Below are positions 17,729 through 28,251 of a DNA stretch of 64,000 nucleotides, piece after piece. The notes beneath the pieces were generated by a model. That model did not search any database, had not been told where the DNA came from, and saw only the letters and a list, made by a program, of their open reading frames with translations. The position numbers and the translations under genes are program-made. Source of the DNA: a virus. Where the stretch lies: the IMG/VR virus record IMGVR_UViG_3300005613_000009, positions 32,001-96,000 of that record; one strand, given 5' to 3'. Numbering within the stretch: position 1 is the first letter of the stretch; each line of letters opens with the position of its first letter.

Positions 17729-18649
17729 TTATGCAGCTTTTTTCATTTTGATAATTCGTTTGGCTTGACCATCTTCGCTTAGACCTGAAAGGTCACCAAT
17801 ATCTTCACCAATTGTCTTAACAGCATATGCAAAATCTTCAGCAACTACCGCCGAAGACTTTAACTCTTTTGCAGTAACTTCGTTCATAACATCTTTTAGT
17901 TCTTCGACTTTTTCTTTGATTTCGTCGATATCAAATAATGACGCAATAGCCTCATATTCATCGATAAGCTTAAACGGTTTCTTCAGTGTAGCCGATGTAA
18001 TTTTTCCGGAACCATCAATGATACGAGATGAAATTTCTTTACAATTTTCAATGATTGCATTTTGCGCGTCTTTGATATAGACCTCTTTCAACTCTTCAAT
18101 GCTTTTTTTGTAATCATTAACACACTCATTTTTGATATCAATTAATTCATCAGGGTCGGCCTGATTAACTTTTGTAGTACCGATTTCAAACACAACGACC
18201 TTTATCTTGAAAGCTTTTCGGATTTTTTCAGGTGTCGGCCAATCAGCGTTTCTCAGCTCCGGATACAACATTTCCCGTTCTTTACGGATATTGTCATATT
18301 CTCCAAGAAAGTTTTCAACATTTTGTTTCATTTCATCGATATATCCATCTACACCTACTTTAGTCATAGCAAGATTTTTATTAGGAATTGCTCGAACACC
18401 ACGAAGGATAAACGGTTTTCCCATTTTTTTCAGAAAACCTGTAAGTTTAGTCCTGGGGCGATTTAATATGACCCTTTGTTCATAAGGTAACATCTCCTTA
18501 GTTCCAAGTTTAAAAATAGATGATATCTCATCCTCTGTTTTCCCTATATCTTCAGGCCTAAGCTTGTCCTTTCCAGACCAACCAGATGAAGATATGGCCC
18601 AAAGTGTGCAATTTTCCATTAAGGTTTGTTCGGTATTTATTTCTGGCAT
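17729..18649 (-). CDS. DUF3150-like protein
   Basis: 306 aa; WSGKDKLRPED...KLGTK and helical, E/K-rich body, as in the plasmid/phage DUF3150 family. Confidence 0.55.
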   Translation of the reverse strand: MPEINTEQTLMENCTLWAISSSGWSGKDKLRPEDIGKTEDEISSIFKLGTKEMLPYEQRVILNRPRTKLTGFLKKMGKPFILRGVRAIPNKNLAMTKVGVDGYIDEMKQNVENFLGEYDNIRKEREMLYPELRNADWPTPEKIRKAFKIKVVVFEIGTTKVNQADPDELIDIKNECVNDYKKSIEELKEVYIKDAQNAIIENCKEISSRIIDGSGKITSATLKKPFKLIDEYEAIASLFDIDEIKEKVEELKDVMNEVTAKELKSSAVVAEDFAYAVKTIGEDIGDLSGLSEDGQAKRIIKMKKAA

Positions 18650-18687
18650 ATTATTTCTCCTTTCCTTTTCTGTATAATATTTATAAT

Positions 18688-19056
18688 TTAAGTCTTATTT
18701 TTGATTTTAGACATCATTTTTTCAAGATCATTTAATACACCCATTTTTTCCTGTATTTGATTAACTAATGAATCTTTTGTTTTAATGTTTTGAAACATTT
18801 GCAAACCAACATCTGACAACCATTCAGAAGCAACTTCACCAACCGATGTATCAGTGTCTCTTGCGCAACCATAAAGGATTTTCCAGACAAGTCTTGGGAT
18901 GGATATATAAACCGGGATAGTATCTTCATATAAAAAATCACTTTCATCGACTGTGATTTGAAAATTAACTTTTGTTGTTGGTTTCATAAACCGTTTCATA
19001 AAATCTTGCTGTGTATACTTATGGCTTTTAACCTTTAACTTTTTAAGATCTTCCAT
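18688..19056 (-). CDS. Hypothetical protein
   Basis: ORF with GAAAGGA RBS behind a motif copy. Confidence 0.65.
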   Translation of the reverse strand: MEDLKKLKVKSHKYTQQDFMKRFMKPTTKVNFQITVDESDFLYEDTIPVYISIPRLVWKILYGCARDTDTSVGEVASEWLSDVGLQMFQNIKTKDSLVNQIQEKMGVLNDLEKMMSKIKNKT

Positions 19057-19144
19057 AAATGTCCTTTCAAGAAAAAGTAAAAAAAATATATATCTTATTT
19101 ACAAAACAACAGATAAAAAAAATAAAAAAATAAGTCTGTTAAAT

Positions 19145-20713
19145 CTAAGCAAATTCGCCAAGGCTTGGTTTGGTTTTCCATCCTTTGTTTACCTTACGCA
19201 TAGCAGTTACATGCTGAAGTTCCTCTTGTTGTTCTTCACTGGCCCAAACACAAATACTTTTAGCCTTGCTTCGAATTTTGCTAATCTGTTTTCCAATAGC
19301 CTCATTTGATGGAATAAGATATTTTCTAGCTTTGTCTACATCGCAGTTCAACATAGCCATATTTCTTGCAAGCTTCGCGATGTCAGCACCGGAAAATCCA
19401 GTAAAATCGTAACCATTGGGAATTTTTACTTCATATTGTTTACTCCAAATTTTAGCAATGTCTTCAGCCTCTTTCTGGCTTGGCAAATCTACAAAGAATA
19501 TGATATCCATTCTTCGAACAAGTGCTCCACCAGTAACATGCACAAAATCATCAAGGTTGTTTAAGGTTAGATAATAAAACGGTTTAATCTTTTTTTCTTC
19601 TCTTTTGTCCCATTCGATTAAAAATGTTTGAACAATTCGTTGTCCAACACCACTGTCAAGGTCGCCTGATCCGCTACCTGAAATACATTTGTCAAACTCA
19701 TCCAAGATAACAAATGGATTTCCCATGGCATTAACAATTTTGAACATCTCTGAAAGGCGTTTTTCAGCATCTCCTTGGTATTGGCCTCTAACCCCATTGA
19801 GGTTGGCAAACAAACATGCTAAATTCATTTCGTTGGCAATAACTTTACCTGCCAGTGTTTTCCCACATCCTGGAACACCGTATGTTGCAACAGCCATAGA
19901 CAACGGATCGTTAATAGTATCCTTAAGCCATTTAAGAACTTTTTCATTTCCGGCGATATGCTCACTAGTTTCTTTTGGAGTAATATATGTTAAAATAGAT
20001 GAGCTATTTAACTTCGATGCCTTTTCATTTAGAATGATTTTATTTTCAATTTCTGCTTTTTCCGCCAAGCTGTAACCGATTGCATTTTTTGCACCTTCTT
20101 CTGTTAGGCCTAACATCGATTTCACAACTGTTTCTGAATCTTCTGGGACATCTATATTATTGTCCTTACACATAATCCTTAATATATTTTTTAACTCTTT
20201 AGTGTTAGGCATATCAAATTCAATCGGTTTGATATCATTTGAGAGTGCAAACGGAATAAATTGCTTAGCAGACAAAAACACAACCATTTGTTCCGATTTA
20301 ATTAATTGCTCCTTAATATTGATAGCACTTCTAACGACCTCAACTTTTTCAAAGAATTCGTGGAAATCATGCATAAAAATGATAGAAGATACTGGCATAA
20401 GCTTCAAAACATTAAATGCTACAACAGGATCTTGGACCTTTTCAGCATTAGGTGGAGCTGGAATCTGAAGATTAATGGAAGAAATTTCACCGGTTTCTAG
20501 GTAATCAGCAAAGCCGTTGATAGCAACATTATACCAAACCCATTCTTTTTTATCACCATTCGGATTTTGAATCGTTCGAAATCCTTCAACAATATCCCAT
20601 CTAAAAAAATGAATTTCTTTACTGATCTTTTCCCTGTAAAATCTGATACACCGTTCTTCTTCTGTAGTAGAACAATATAAGAACGGGTATCTTGCTGCAT
20701 GATATGATTCCAT
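19145..20713 (-). CDS. AAA+ ATPase (Ycf46-like)
   Basis: Walker A GVPGCGKT, Walker B ILDEFDK, RRMD..FFVDLP, GFSGADI. Confidence 0.9.
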   Translation of the reverse strand: MESYHAARYPFLYCSTTEEERCIRFYREKISKEIHFFRWDIVEGFRTIQNPNGDKKEWVWYNVAINGFADYLETGEISSINLQIPAPPNAEKVQDPVVAFNVLKLMPVSSIIFMHDFHEFFEKVEVVRSAINIKEQLIKSEQMVVFLSAKQFIPFALSNDIKPIEFDMPNTKELKNILRIMCKDNNIDVPEDSETVVKSMLGLTEEGAKNAIGYSLAEKAEIENKIILNEKASKLNSSSILTYITPKETSEHIAGNEKVLKWLKDTINDPLSMAVATYGVPGCGKTLAGKVIANEMNLACLFANLNGVRGQYQGDAEKRLSEMFKIVNAMGNPFVILDEFDKCISGSGSGDLDSGVGQRIVQTFLIEWDKREEKKIKPFYYLTLNNLDDFVHVTGGALVRRMDIIFFVDLPSQKEAEDIAKIWSKQYEVKIPNGYDFTGFSGADIAKLARNMAMLNCDVDKARKYLIPSNEAIGKQISKIRSKAKSICVWASEEQQEELQHVTAMRKVNKGWKTKPSLGEFA

Positions 20714-20775
20714 GATCTCCTCCTGACAAATTTATTTAGTTTTTAAAAAAAACAGATAAAAAAAATATACCCATT

Positions 20776-20979
20776 CTACTTTTTTAATATTTTATTGGCG
20801 ACATCCACACCGCTATTATATACCGTAACCCATGCATAATTTCTTTCATTGATCCTGTTAAATGATCGTTTGTAAACAAAGACCTCGTAAAAACCCAAGA
20901 CAAATGCAAAGAATAAACTATTTTGAATTTGATAGAATATCTTACTCATTGTTTTTTCTCTTTCGATAATCTGTACCAT
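20776..20979 (-). CDS. Small hypothetical protein (start uncertain)
   Basis: In-operon ORF downstream of the DnaC-like gene. Confidence 0.4.
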   Translation of the reverse strand: MVQIIEREKTMSKIFYQIQNSLFFAFVLGFYEVFVYKRSFNRINERNYAWVTVYNSGVDVANKILKK

Positions 20980-21826
20980 TAAAGTAAATTACATCTGTCA
21001 TATCGGCAAGACGTGATGCTGTTCGTTCATCAATCTTCTGAGCAATTTCCATGAGACTAAGATTTGTAGTTATAATTACTGGGGATAGATTGTTATCGCG
21101 TTCACTAATAATATAGTTGACAATTTGACGATTCCATTCAGTGGTTTTCTCTATTCCAAAATCGTCTAATACTAGAAAAGGATGTGTTGCATATTCTTTA
21201 AGGTAATATTCCTCTGTTTCATGTTTATTAGCTCCATTGCTAAATGCACGTCTAATTTTCAAGAAGAGGTCAGGCATCGAAGTAAACAACCCTTGATTAC
21301 CTTTTAGAATATTTTCTCTTAATATTGAAACAGCAAGATGTGTTTTCCCAGTTCCGCATGGCCCATAGAGATATAGTCCCTTATCGAAATACTCTTTAAG
21401 CGTATAATTATAGCAAAAATCAACATTTGATCTATTACCTCTATAAACTTGAAAGTTTGCAAAAGAGCATGCCAAATACTTTATTGGAACCCCTGCCTTT
21501 TTAAGATATTTTTCAGTATTTATTCGAATATCGTTTATGTGATCACACCTACTGCAGCATTTTGTTTCATTATTGTAATTAATAAACTGCCATTTTTTAT
21601 CGGTTGGATTCCACTCGCTTGAAATAACTTTTCGGCATTGTTTACATAATATATCTGATGGTTGTAAACCTCTAGTTCCTTGTTGTTTTTCTTTAATTCT
21701 ATCTACAATTCGACGATAATATGTGCTTTGTCCATCTTTATTTGGTTTTGATACAGGTAGACTCCTTTTGATTAATGATATGCTTGGTTTATTAATTAAA
21801 TTTCGGTAAAAATATAATTCATTCAT
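20942..21826 (-). CDS. DnaC/IstB-like ATPase (helicase loader) with N-terminal Cys motifs
   Basis: GLYLYGPCGTGKTHLA, FLVLDDFGIEK, IITTNL, R..SRL. Confidence 0.9.
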   Translation of the reverse strand: MNELYFYRNLINKPSISLIKRSLPVSKPNKDGQSTYYRRIVDRIKEKQQGTRGLQPSDILCKQCRKVISSEWNPTDKKWQFINYNNETKCCSRCDHINDIRINTEKYLKKAGVPIKYLACSFANFQVYRGNRSNVDFCYNYTLKEYFDKGLYLYGPCGTGKTHLAVSILRENILKGNQGLFTSMPDLFLKIRRAFSNGANKHETEEYYLKEYATHPFLVLDDFGIEKTTEWNRQIVNYIISERDNNLSPVIITTNLSLMEIAQKIDERTASRLADMTDVIYFNGTDYRKRKNNE

Positions 21827-22203
21827 GAATAAACCTTATCTTTAAGTGGATTAGAGTCTAAAATATCTTCAGGCGTCCATCCGTTTTGATGAAAAAATTT
21901 CCTAACTGCCTCACACTTTACCATAACTAATGTCTTTTTTTCTGATGCGATATAAACAATGTTTTCTGCATAAAGATCAACACCATTCATGCCTGTAAGC
22001 AATGTAATAACCTGCTCTTTCTTTTTGCTTTTTAGTTTCAATACAAATCTTGGATCAAGTGGTATATCTTCTATTGCATAGTTCATCTCAGCGTTAACAC
22101 ATACTGTAGCTAAATCTTTTAATTTAAAACTCATTGAATTTAAGCTCCTTTGACTAGTTTGTAGCTGATTTAAGTGTTTTTTGTTTATTTCGTTCACCTT
22201 CAT
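21823..22203 (-). CDS. Hypothetical protein
   Basis: Translationally coupled ORF. Confidence 0.65.
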   Translation of the reverse strand: MKVNEINKKHLNQLQTSQRSLNSMSFKLKDLATVCVNAEMNYAIEDIPLDPRFVLKLKSKKKEQVITLLTGMNGVDLYAENIVYIASEKKTLVMVKCEAVRKFFHQNGWTPEDILDSNPLKDKVYS

Positions 22204-23074
22204 TAATTTTATAGATTATTGACCGATACAGGATTTCAACAGATTCCCTGTCTAAAAGATTTAATCTGTCTGGGTCCTTCCAGTCAATAGATTTATTAGT
22301 TAAAAGCTGTTGATAGAATTCATCACCAACTTGAAACCTGAAGACATTATTTATCATCGCAACCATAGAAGCCTGCGTATCCTGATCTGTGTAAGATCGC
22401 AATGTCCTATAAAAAGCAGTCTTATCATGATCTTCAATTATATCATTTACGGAATTGAAATTATATATTTTAAGCGTTGCATCGAATACCCCAGGACTGA
22501 CAATTTTCTGAAGATCAGCGATTGCATCTTGAAATTTCAAGTTTTTCTGCTTTGCTGAAGTTAATACATGAACATTGTTCGGAGGATTTTTAGGTTGTAA
22601 TTCGCTTTTTGTGTTATCAGTAAAATATTCACGCATTTGTGCGATATATTTATTGTCGTCAAACTTTCCCATGAAAACATCTGCATTGAATCCAAGTTTC
22701 GAAATTTCTTTAGTAAACGCATCAGTTCGAACCTTTTTTACGCAGTCTTCATCTATGCCATTTTTATCCTTTATTCGAGCAGCGGATGCCATGGGAATTT
22801 CAAAACGATTATTGTCTCGTTTATACCATAATATTGCAGAATAGAACAATAAATTTATATTATCAAGAAATTGATATTGTTCATGATCAATTCCCCATGA
22901 TATACCGTACATGCCAAATTCTTTTGTTACGTTTTTTAATTGAACCTGGGCATCAATTGCTGTAAATTTACGACTTCCATACTCTACTTTCTTTGTTGTA
23001 TTAGGATCCGTTTTTTCGACTTTATTCCAAAACGCGATATTTTGGGCATTTTTATCTGTTTCATCTAATGGCAT
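22154..23074 (-). CDS. Probable single-strand annealing recombinase (Rad52/Sak-like)
   Basis: FWNKVEKTDP..TKK...FTAIDA...FG.YG..WG...TDA..K..S.LGFNADVF.GKFDDNKY; adjacent to an exonuclease. Confidence 0.6.
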   Translation of the reverse strand: MPLDETDKNAQNIAFWNKVEKTDPNTTKKVEYGSRKFTAIDAQVQLKNVTKEFGMYGISWGIDHEQYQFLDNINLLFYSAILWYKRDNNRFEIPMASAARIKDKNGIDEDCVKKVRTDAFTKEISKLGFNADVFMGKFDDNKYIAQMREYFTDNTKSELQPKNPPNNVHVLTSAKQKNLKFQDAIADLQKIVSPGVFDATLKIYNFNSVNDIIEDHDKTAFYRTLRSYTDQDTQASMVAMINNVFRFQVGDEFYQQLLTNKSIDWKDPDRLNLLDRESVEILYRSIIYKINEGERNKQKTLKSATN

Positions 23075-23100
23075 TTTCCTGCTCCTTTCTTTTGTGATAC

Positions 23101-24075
23101 CTATGCTACTTTTTTCATAACATATTTTTCTCTGGCACGTAGATCCATTTGCCTACAGCTATCTGATACCTCACAGTATTGTTTACATCTTTGACCATTC
23201 CATGATTCCCAGGCATTGCATTCTCTGACCCAATTATCCCTAAATGCCTGATCAACTTCTGCCTGAAGTTTATTGTAAAAATTTAAAACTTCTTCATCAG
23301 GCAAGATAGGGATAGGAATGATATAAAGATTTTTATCAATACCACGACTTTTGGCTATGTATGTATTACCATCTCTGACAACTGCCTGAACCTGGATTCT
23401 GGATATCTTAAAACCTATCCTTTCGAAAAAGATCCTGTATCTATTGAGCTGTAACGATACTTCTTTTAAATCGGCTTTTTCAGGATTACATTCATATCGT
23501 GACAACATCTTGGGTTTGCCCTTGTTCTTGCCTGTTTTGAGTAAAACTGGTTTATTGTTGATGTCTAACATCGGCCTTTGTGTTTTAACAATGCCAAGAC
23601 TGGATGCAACCTTAAAACTACCCCATGTTTTATAGTCTGTTAGTATGTATTTATCGTTGCTTGCTTCGTCTAATTCGAGTACATCTGCAATACCACGCAT
23701 TTGTTCATCACTAAGTTTTTCTTCTGACAAAACATTATGTGTATACTGGTGGATTGAAAGCTTTTCGTGTGTAGACGTACCAAAGGCTGCAAAAGTTCGA
23801 TCGTTTGGATCAATTGCGTAATCCGTTGTTGCTTTAAGGTACAACAATCGAGGACCAGTGCCTGCTGCTGATGGTGAAACACCATTCCATTTGCGATCAT
23901 AACCTATAAGCCTGAGATACGGCAAAGTTGCACAACGCTCAATCATTTGACATCCATTAGGCTTCAAGCAGTCATTGATCGGAATTTGATGCTTTTCGTC
24001 TTGCCAGACAAAATTCTTAGCACGATAACTGGCTTTATACCATCCAGGTTGACATATAAACCATTTTGCTGGCAT
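23101..24075 (-). CDS. PD-(D/E)XK exonuclease (RecB/Cas4-like)
   Basis: GIADVLE...LTDYKT, QLNRY motif, C-terminal Cys cluster (RCKQYCEVSDSC). Confidence 0.75.
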   Translation of the reverse strand: MPAKWFICQPGWYKASYRAKNFVWQDEKHQIPINDCLKPNGCQMIERCATLPYLRLIGYDRKWNGVSPSAAGTGPRLLYLKATTDYAIDPNDRTFAAFGTSTHEKLSIHQYTHNVLSEEKLSDEQMRGIADVLELDEASNDKYILTDYKTWGSFKVASSLGIVKTQRPMLDINNKPVLLKTGKNKGKPKMLSRYECNPEKADLKEVSLQLNRYRIFFERIGFKISRIQVQAVVRDGNTYIAKSRGIDKNLYIIPIPILPDEEVLNFYNKLQAEVDQAFRDNWVRECNAWESWNGQRCKQYCEVSDSCRQMDLRAREKYVMKKVA

Positions 24076-24162
24076 GTTAATTCTCCACTAAAGATATTTA
24101 CAATTTCTATTGTTAATAATAAATTCATAAAAAAACAGATGAAAAAATGAACAGACAAACTT

Positions 24163-24324
24163 TTATTCATTTTTGTTTGGTTTATCACATTCAACAACTT
24201 CATAATGATTTTCAGGATGCATCTCGCACATTTGATCGTATTCAATATTTGCTTCATGTAGATTTTTGAAAATATCAGGTTCATCAGGTTCAACAGGAAT
24301 ATAGCAATCTAATCGATAAAACAT
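24163..24324 (-). CDS. 53-aa acidic microprotein
   Basis: Absent from the track. GAGGT RBS; MFYRLDCYIPVEPDEPDIFKNLHEANIEYDQMCEMHPENHYEVVECDKPNKNE. Confidence 0.6.
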   Translation of the reverse strand: MFYRLDCYIPVEPDEPDIFKNLHEANIEYDQMCEMHPENHYEVVECDKPNKNE

Positions 24325-24403
24325 TTTTTATACCTCTTTTATATTATAAATATATCAACAACACTGGGCCGAATACCTGTCAAAATAATTACTTTATTTA
24401 GCT

Positions 24404-24841
24404 CTAAGCTGGCATATTGATTGTTATTTTTTTCCATCCAGGCTTACTTTTCAACGTTTCTTTTGTCCATGTTCGGTTTTTGGATTTACATGTTAATTCT
24501 GTTTTTGCAATTCCATATGCCTGTTTCAAGAGACCACCGCTCTCACCAACCTTTTCGTTCAATCGACCACCTTTCCAGAAATCGTATAACAATTTCCATT
24601 TATTGTTCTTTTTAACAACACCTATTTCATAACTATATCCGGGAATATGGATTGCGTGGGAACAATGACCCATATCCTCCTCTGTAAATCCTTCGGGTAA
24701 TGGGTAATCACCAACATAACTACCAAACCATCCGAAATGTTTTTGTCCTTGTCGAAACTCCCATTTTTGATTTTTGCACATATGTTTGAGAGCATCGATA
24801 TCGTAATTTTCATTTGGATCTATTGTCATCACATGGCTCAT
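24404..24841 (-). CDS. DUF1257 (Ycf35-like) protein
   Basis: MSHV...ALK..C....WEF...HAI....SYEIGVVK....W.LLYDFW...GLLKQAY pattern. Confidence 0.7.
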   Translation of the reverse strand: MSHVMTIDPNENYDIDALKHMCKNQKWEFRQGQKHFGWFGSYVGDYPLPEGFTEEDMGHCSHAIHIPGYSYEIGVVKKNNKWKLLYDFWKGGRLNEKVGESGGLLKQAYGIAKTELTCKSKNRTWTKETLKSKPGWKKITINMPA

Positions 24842-24911
24842 CGGGCTCCTCCATTTTGTATTATTAATATTTTATGGTTTATCTGCGTTAGATGATTTTG
24901 CCCTATTTTTT

Positions 24912-25130
24912 TTATCCACATAGCATAGAAGCATTAACTCCGAATTTAGCTGCTTTTTGATTGGCTTCAGCGTTTCTCATGAACCATTCAATTTTATGTT
25001 TTGTATCTTTTTCAGTTCCAAGAGCCTCAGCTAAAAACTTTGTTGCATCCTCGCAACTCTTCCCTTTATATCCATGAGCTTCTATCTGAATTTGGCCTTC
25101 TGGACCAAACATTACAGTAATTTTTTTCAT
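24912..25130 (-). CDS. DUF2997 protein
   Basis: MKKITVMFGPEGQIQIEAHGYKGKSCEDATKFLAEALG. Confidence 0.8.
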   Translation of the reverse strand: MKKITVMFGPEGQIQIEAHGYKGKSCEDATKFLAEALGTEKDTKHKIEWFMRNAEANQKAAKFGVNASMLCG

Positions 25131-25171
25131 ATTCCCTCCCGTTATAATATTTGATTATAGTTAAAGCATAA

Positions 25172-25381
25172 TTATTTACCTTTCTTCTCAGATTCATTTT
25201 TAATCTGTGGATAACGATGAATCTGTGTTTTATGCAGACGTTTAATTTTGCCATTGGCAATTTGGATTTTGATGTAATTTTTGTATTTACCTTTTGGAAT
25301 GATGGTATACTTGACAAAATATATCCACCTGTCTCCATCCCAAGCAAACCCTGGTTCTATTTTTTGCTTTTTTTTTCTCAT
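25172..25381 (-). CDS. Small basic hypothetical protein
   Basis: GGGAGAGGG RBS behind a motif copy. Confidence 0.6.
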   Translation of the reverse strand: MRKKKQKIEPGFAWDGDRWIYFVKYTIIPKGKYKNYIKIQIANGKIKRLHKTQIHRYPQIKNESEKKGK

Positions 25382-25446
25382 CCCTCTCCCTTGTTAATAA
25401 ATAAACAGTTGAAGAATCACAGAAAAACAAATAAAAAAATCAAAAA

Positions 25447-27723
25447 TCAGAAAAGCGAAAGTTGAGCAACAACTGGTCTTTTTGCCTCCGTTATCATTTT
25501 GTCCAACTCGTCTTGCGTAACTTCGACATGTGTAACTTTCTTTTTTCGTTTACCTACATACTCAGTAAATCTGACCTTGACGATACAATTTCCAATCTGT
25601 TCCATGCTAGATTCCATTTTAAGGACTTTATCTTCATTTGGAATCTCACAATTTTCAATATTTAGAGTGTTTCCTGTTTGACATACCGGTTTTCCATTTA
25701 TTTCACCATTGCTCAACAATTGCTCTGACTTAACTTCGCTTTTTCGATAACTAATCCATAAATCTTTTAGTGATCCATCTTTATATTTAACGTTTTCAAT
25801 AAGCATTTTTGCAAGTTCTTTAGCGAGGTTATTCCCTCCGATATTTGCCATAGCATTTAAACCTTGATCGCTAAGATCTCCCTCAACGCTCATACTTGAC
25901 ATTAATTTATTTGCCATGAGTTGCAATAATTTTGACTGCATAGTCCCAGTATAAACAAAAAAGTATACGTGGACCGGATTTTTCTGTGGAATACGCCAAG
26001 ACCTTCTTGATGCTTGTCGTAAAGTATAAGTACTTAGTGGAATTTGGTAAAAAATAATGGTAGGGAAATCCATAAGATCCATGCCGACTTCAACCTTGCG
26101 AGGATTAGTTAAAACTACATCAACACCTTGATTCACCCACCCTTGAATGATTTCAGCTCGTTTTTCTGTGTTACCACTTTTCAAAACCTTAATTCTAACC
26201 CCTTTTTCTTCGAGGATTTCAATTAATCGATCACTAATATCGGTTTCGCCCGAACTTTCATAATAAAGAAGAACCCTGCGACCGATTTGTTTTTCATTTA
26301 AAACAATTTCTGCAAGTTGTTCTTCTTTTGGCATAATACCATCCACTGGTTTCCCGGTTGCAACCACCTCATTAGTATATGGATGAGTAACAATAATACC
26401 ATTTTGGATACGTTCTGTATATGTAAGAAGAGAATTTATATAGCTCCCTAATAAAGAATTGTCTCCTGTCGCCAAAGCATTAAGTAACGCTTTTTTAAGT
26501 TCATCCTCAAAATTTTTGTATGCTTTTGCCATCATCGGATCCATTTCTAATTCGATGATTTTTTCGTCATACGTTTGAAGACTGTTTATACAATCTGAAA
26601 GCTGCATAAATACGCAGTGCGGTAACAGCATATTGGTGATCATTACAGGATTAATACCGGGTTTTTCTTTAATATACGTTCTTTTCTTTGACTGAACAAC
26701 AAGGCCATCTTCCTGCTCTGCAAGTTTGATTTTCTCCAATGTACCGTAACGCTCAATGAATTTTCTTGGGGAACCCCATTTGTTGCCGTCCTGATTCATT
26801 ACCTTTGGATGTGTTCTGTATAGTAAATTGTAGACATCTGATGCATAACCACCAACAAGTGTTCCTGTAAGACAAAGAGTATATTTACAGGCCGATGCCA
26901 AAGCACCAAATGCGTATCCTTGCCCTGAATGATTTTTGAATTGATGAACTTCATCTGCGATTAGTAAGTCAAAAAATCCATTCATACGATTATTGATAAA
27001 TTTTGCAGGAATAACACGCCTAAAGCCTGGCTTGGAATTATCAGGTTGCCACAGTTGCTCACCACATCTGACACATCTGTATTTTCGTTTAAATCGTTTT
27101 TGTTTATTACGCTGCCATATGTCAACAGGTACATCATCTTGGTCCAAAACAATTTTGTTGCATCTCGGACAATGCCATGTTTGAAAACCATGCTTATTTA
27201 CCTTAATGACTGCAGCAGGCCGCCATGGGGCACCTATCTTAGCCCTTTCCCGACCAATGACATAAAACTCAAGGGTCGTGGGTTGCTTTGTTTTTGATAT
27301 CCGAATCAATTCTTTTGTGACATTTTTGGTGTTTAAATTGACAACTTTTACATTCGAGATAGTCTCACGGATTTCTGTAATCCACTTTTTTACAATTGTT
27401 GGCGGACATAAAACCAATACCCTTTTTACACCCATAGTACGATTCATTAACTTTGCAACACCGATAGACATTATAGTTTTACCGGTTCCACATTCTGCAA
27501 CCATATACAAACCATGATTGTTTATTGAAAATGACTTGTAACATGCTTTTATGATTTCAGCCTGTGGAGGAAAAGGTCGTTTTTTCATCTGACTGATTTG
27601 GATGTCGAGTTCCGGATCATTATCTTTCAATGGATCATGAACAACTTTAAGCGTTTTTACAACTTTGTTAGCCAAACTTTCGCCATAATCAACCAAAAAC
27701 TCTTTGAGTGCCAATTCCGGCAT
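25447..27723 (-). CDS. SF2 (SNF2/DEAD-like) helicase
   Basis: AECGTGKT, IADEVH, CLTGTL..GY, NPRKVEVGMDL, LRQASRRSWR; zinc-ribbon insertion. Confidence 0.92.
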   Translation of the reverse strand: MPELALKEFLVDYGESLANKVVKTLKVVHDPLKDNDPELDIQISQMKKRPFPPQAEIIKACYKSFSINNHGLYMVAECGTGKTIMSIGVAKLMNRTMGVKRVLVLCPPTIVKKWITEIRETISNVKVVNLNTKNVTKELIRISKTKQPTTLEFYVIGRERAKIGAPWRPAAVIKVNKHGFQTWHCPRCNKIVLDQDDVPVDIWQRNKQKRFKRKYRCVRCGEQLWQPDNSKPGFRRVIPAKFINNRMNGFFDLLIADEVHQFKNHSGQGYAFGALASACKYTLCLTGTLVGGYASDVYNLLYRTHPKVMNQDGNKWGSPRKFIERYGTLEKIKLAEQEDGLVVQSKKRTYIKEKPGINPVMITNMLLPHCVFMQLSDCINSLQTYDEKIIELEMDPMMAKAYKNFEDELKKALLNALATGDNSLLGSYINSLLTYTERIQNGIIVTHPYTNEVVATGKPVDGIMPKEEQLAEIVLNEKQIGRRVLLYYESSGETDISDRLIEILEEKGVRIKVLKSGNTEKRAEIIQGWVNQGVDVVLTNPRKVEVGMDLMDFPTIIFYQIPLSTYTLRQASRRSWRIPQKNPVHVYFFVYTGTMQSKLLQLMANKLMSSMSVEGDLSDQGLNAMANIGGNNLAKELAKMLIENVKYKDGSLKDLWISYRKSEVKSEQLLSNGEINGKPVCQTGNTLNIENCEIPNEDKVLKMESSMEQIGNCIVKVRFTEYVGKRKKKVTHVEVTQDELDKMITEAKRPVVAQLSLF

Positions 27724-27734
27724 AACAATAACTC

Positions 27735-28226
27735 CTAATGGAAATAAATTTCACCTTCAAAATTGTCCGTTTTAATCATTTCTGTCAACGTGGAGATAAA
27801 TTGTTTGAAATTCAAATATTCTTCAGGAATAGATGTTTCATTCAATTTAATAAAATCATCGGAATAGATAACGAATGAAGAATCATGTGGATTTACGTCT
27901 ATATCAATCTCTTTTGAATCAAGAAATTTTCTAAGTTTTTCTGTGATAACATAATGAGGTAAATAAACATCTAAAGTTGTTTTATATGATGTTTTAAAAT
28001 CTATTTTGGTACAAAGATGAATTTCGGCGATATGTTTATGCATTAGATTTAGATCTTCTTGTGTAGCTGTTACTTTAAGCCATTTTTCAAATTTTGAAGA
28101 TGTAAAAATATCATATTCACCGGTGTGAGGAAGACAATCACGCCACATTCCAAGCAAAACACCTTTTTGGGATTCAGATAATGTTTCTATACCATTTTTT
28201 ATTAACAGATAAGATATGTTATACAT
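27735..28226 (-). CDS. Hypothetical protein
   Basis: GGAGGAG RBS, in operon. Confidence 0.7.
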   Translation of the reverse strand: MYNISYLLIKNGIETLSESQKGVLLGMWRDCLPHTGEYDIFTSSKFEKWLKVTATQEDLNLMHKHIAEIHLCTKIDFKTSYKTTLDVYLPHYVITEKLRKFLDSKEIDIDVNPHDSSFVIYSDDFIKLNETSIPEEYLNFKQFISTLTEMIKTDNFEGEIYFH

Positions 28227-28251
28227 AGTAATTCTCCTCCTTTATTTATTT

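Noticed and set aside
23101-24075. Cas4 as part of a CRISPR system
   Set aside because: It is a solo nuclease paired with an annealing protein in a recombination module; there is no cas1 or array.
24340-24395. Sigma70 promoter at TTGACA (minus strand)
   Set aside because: No acceptable -10 at 16-18 bp spacing.
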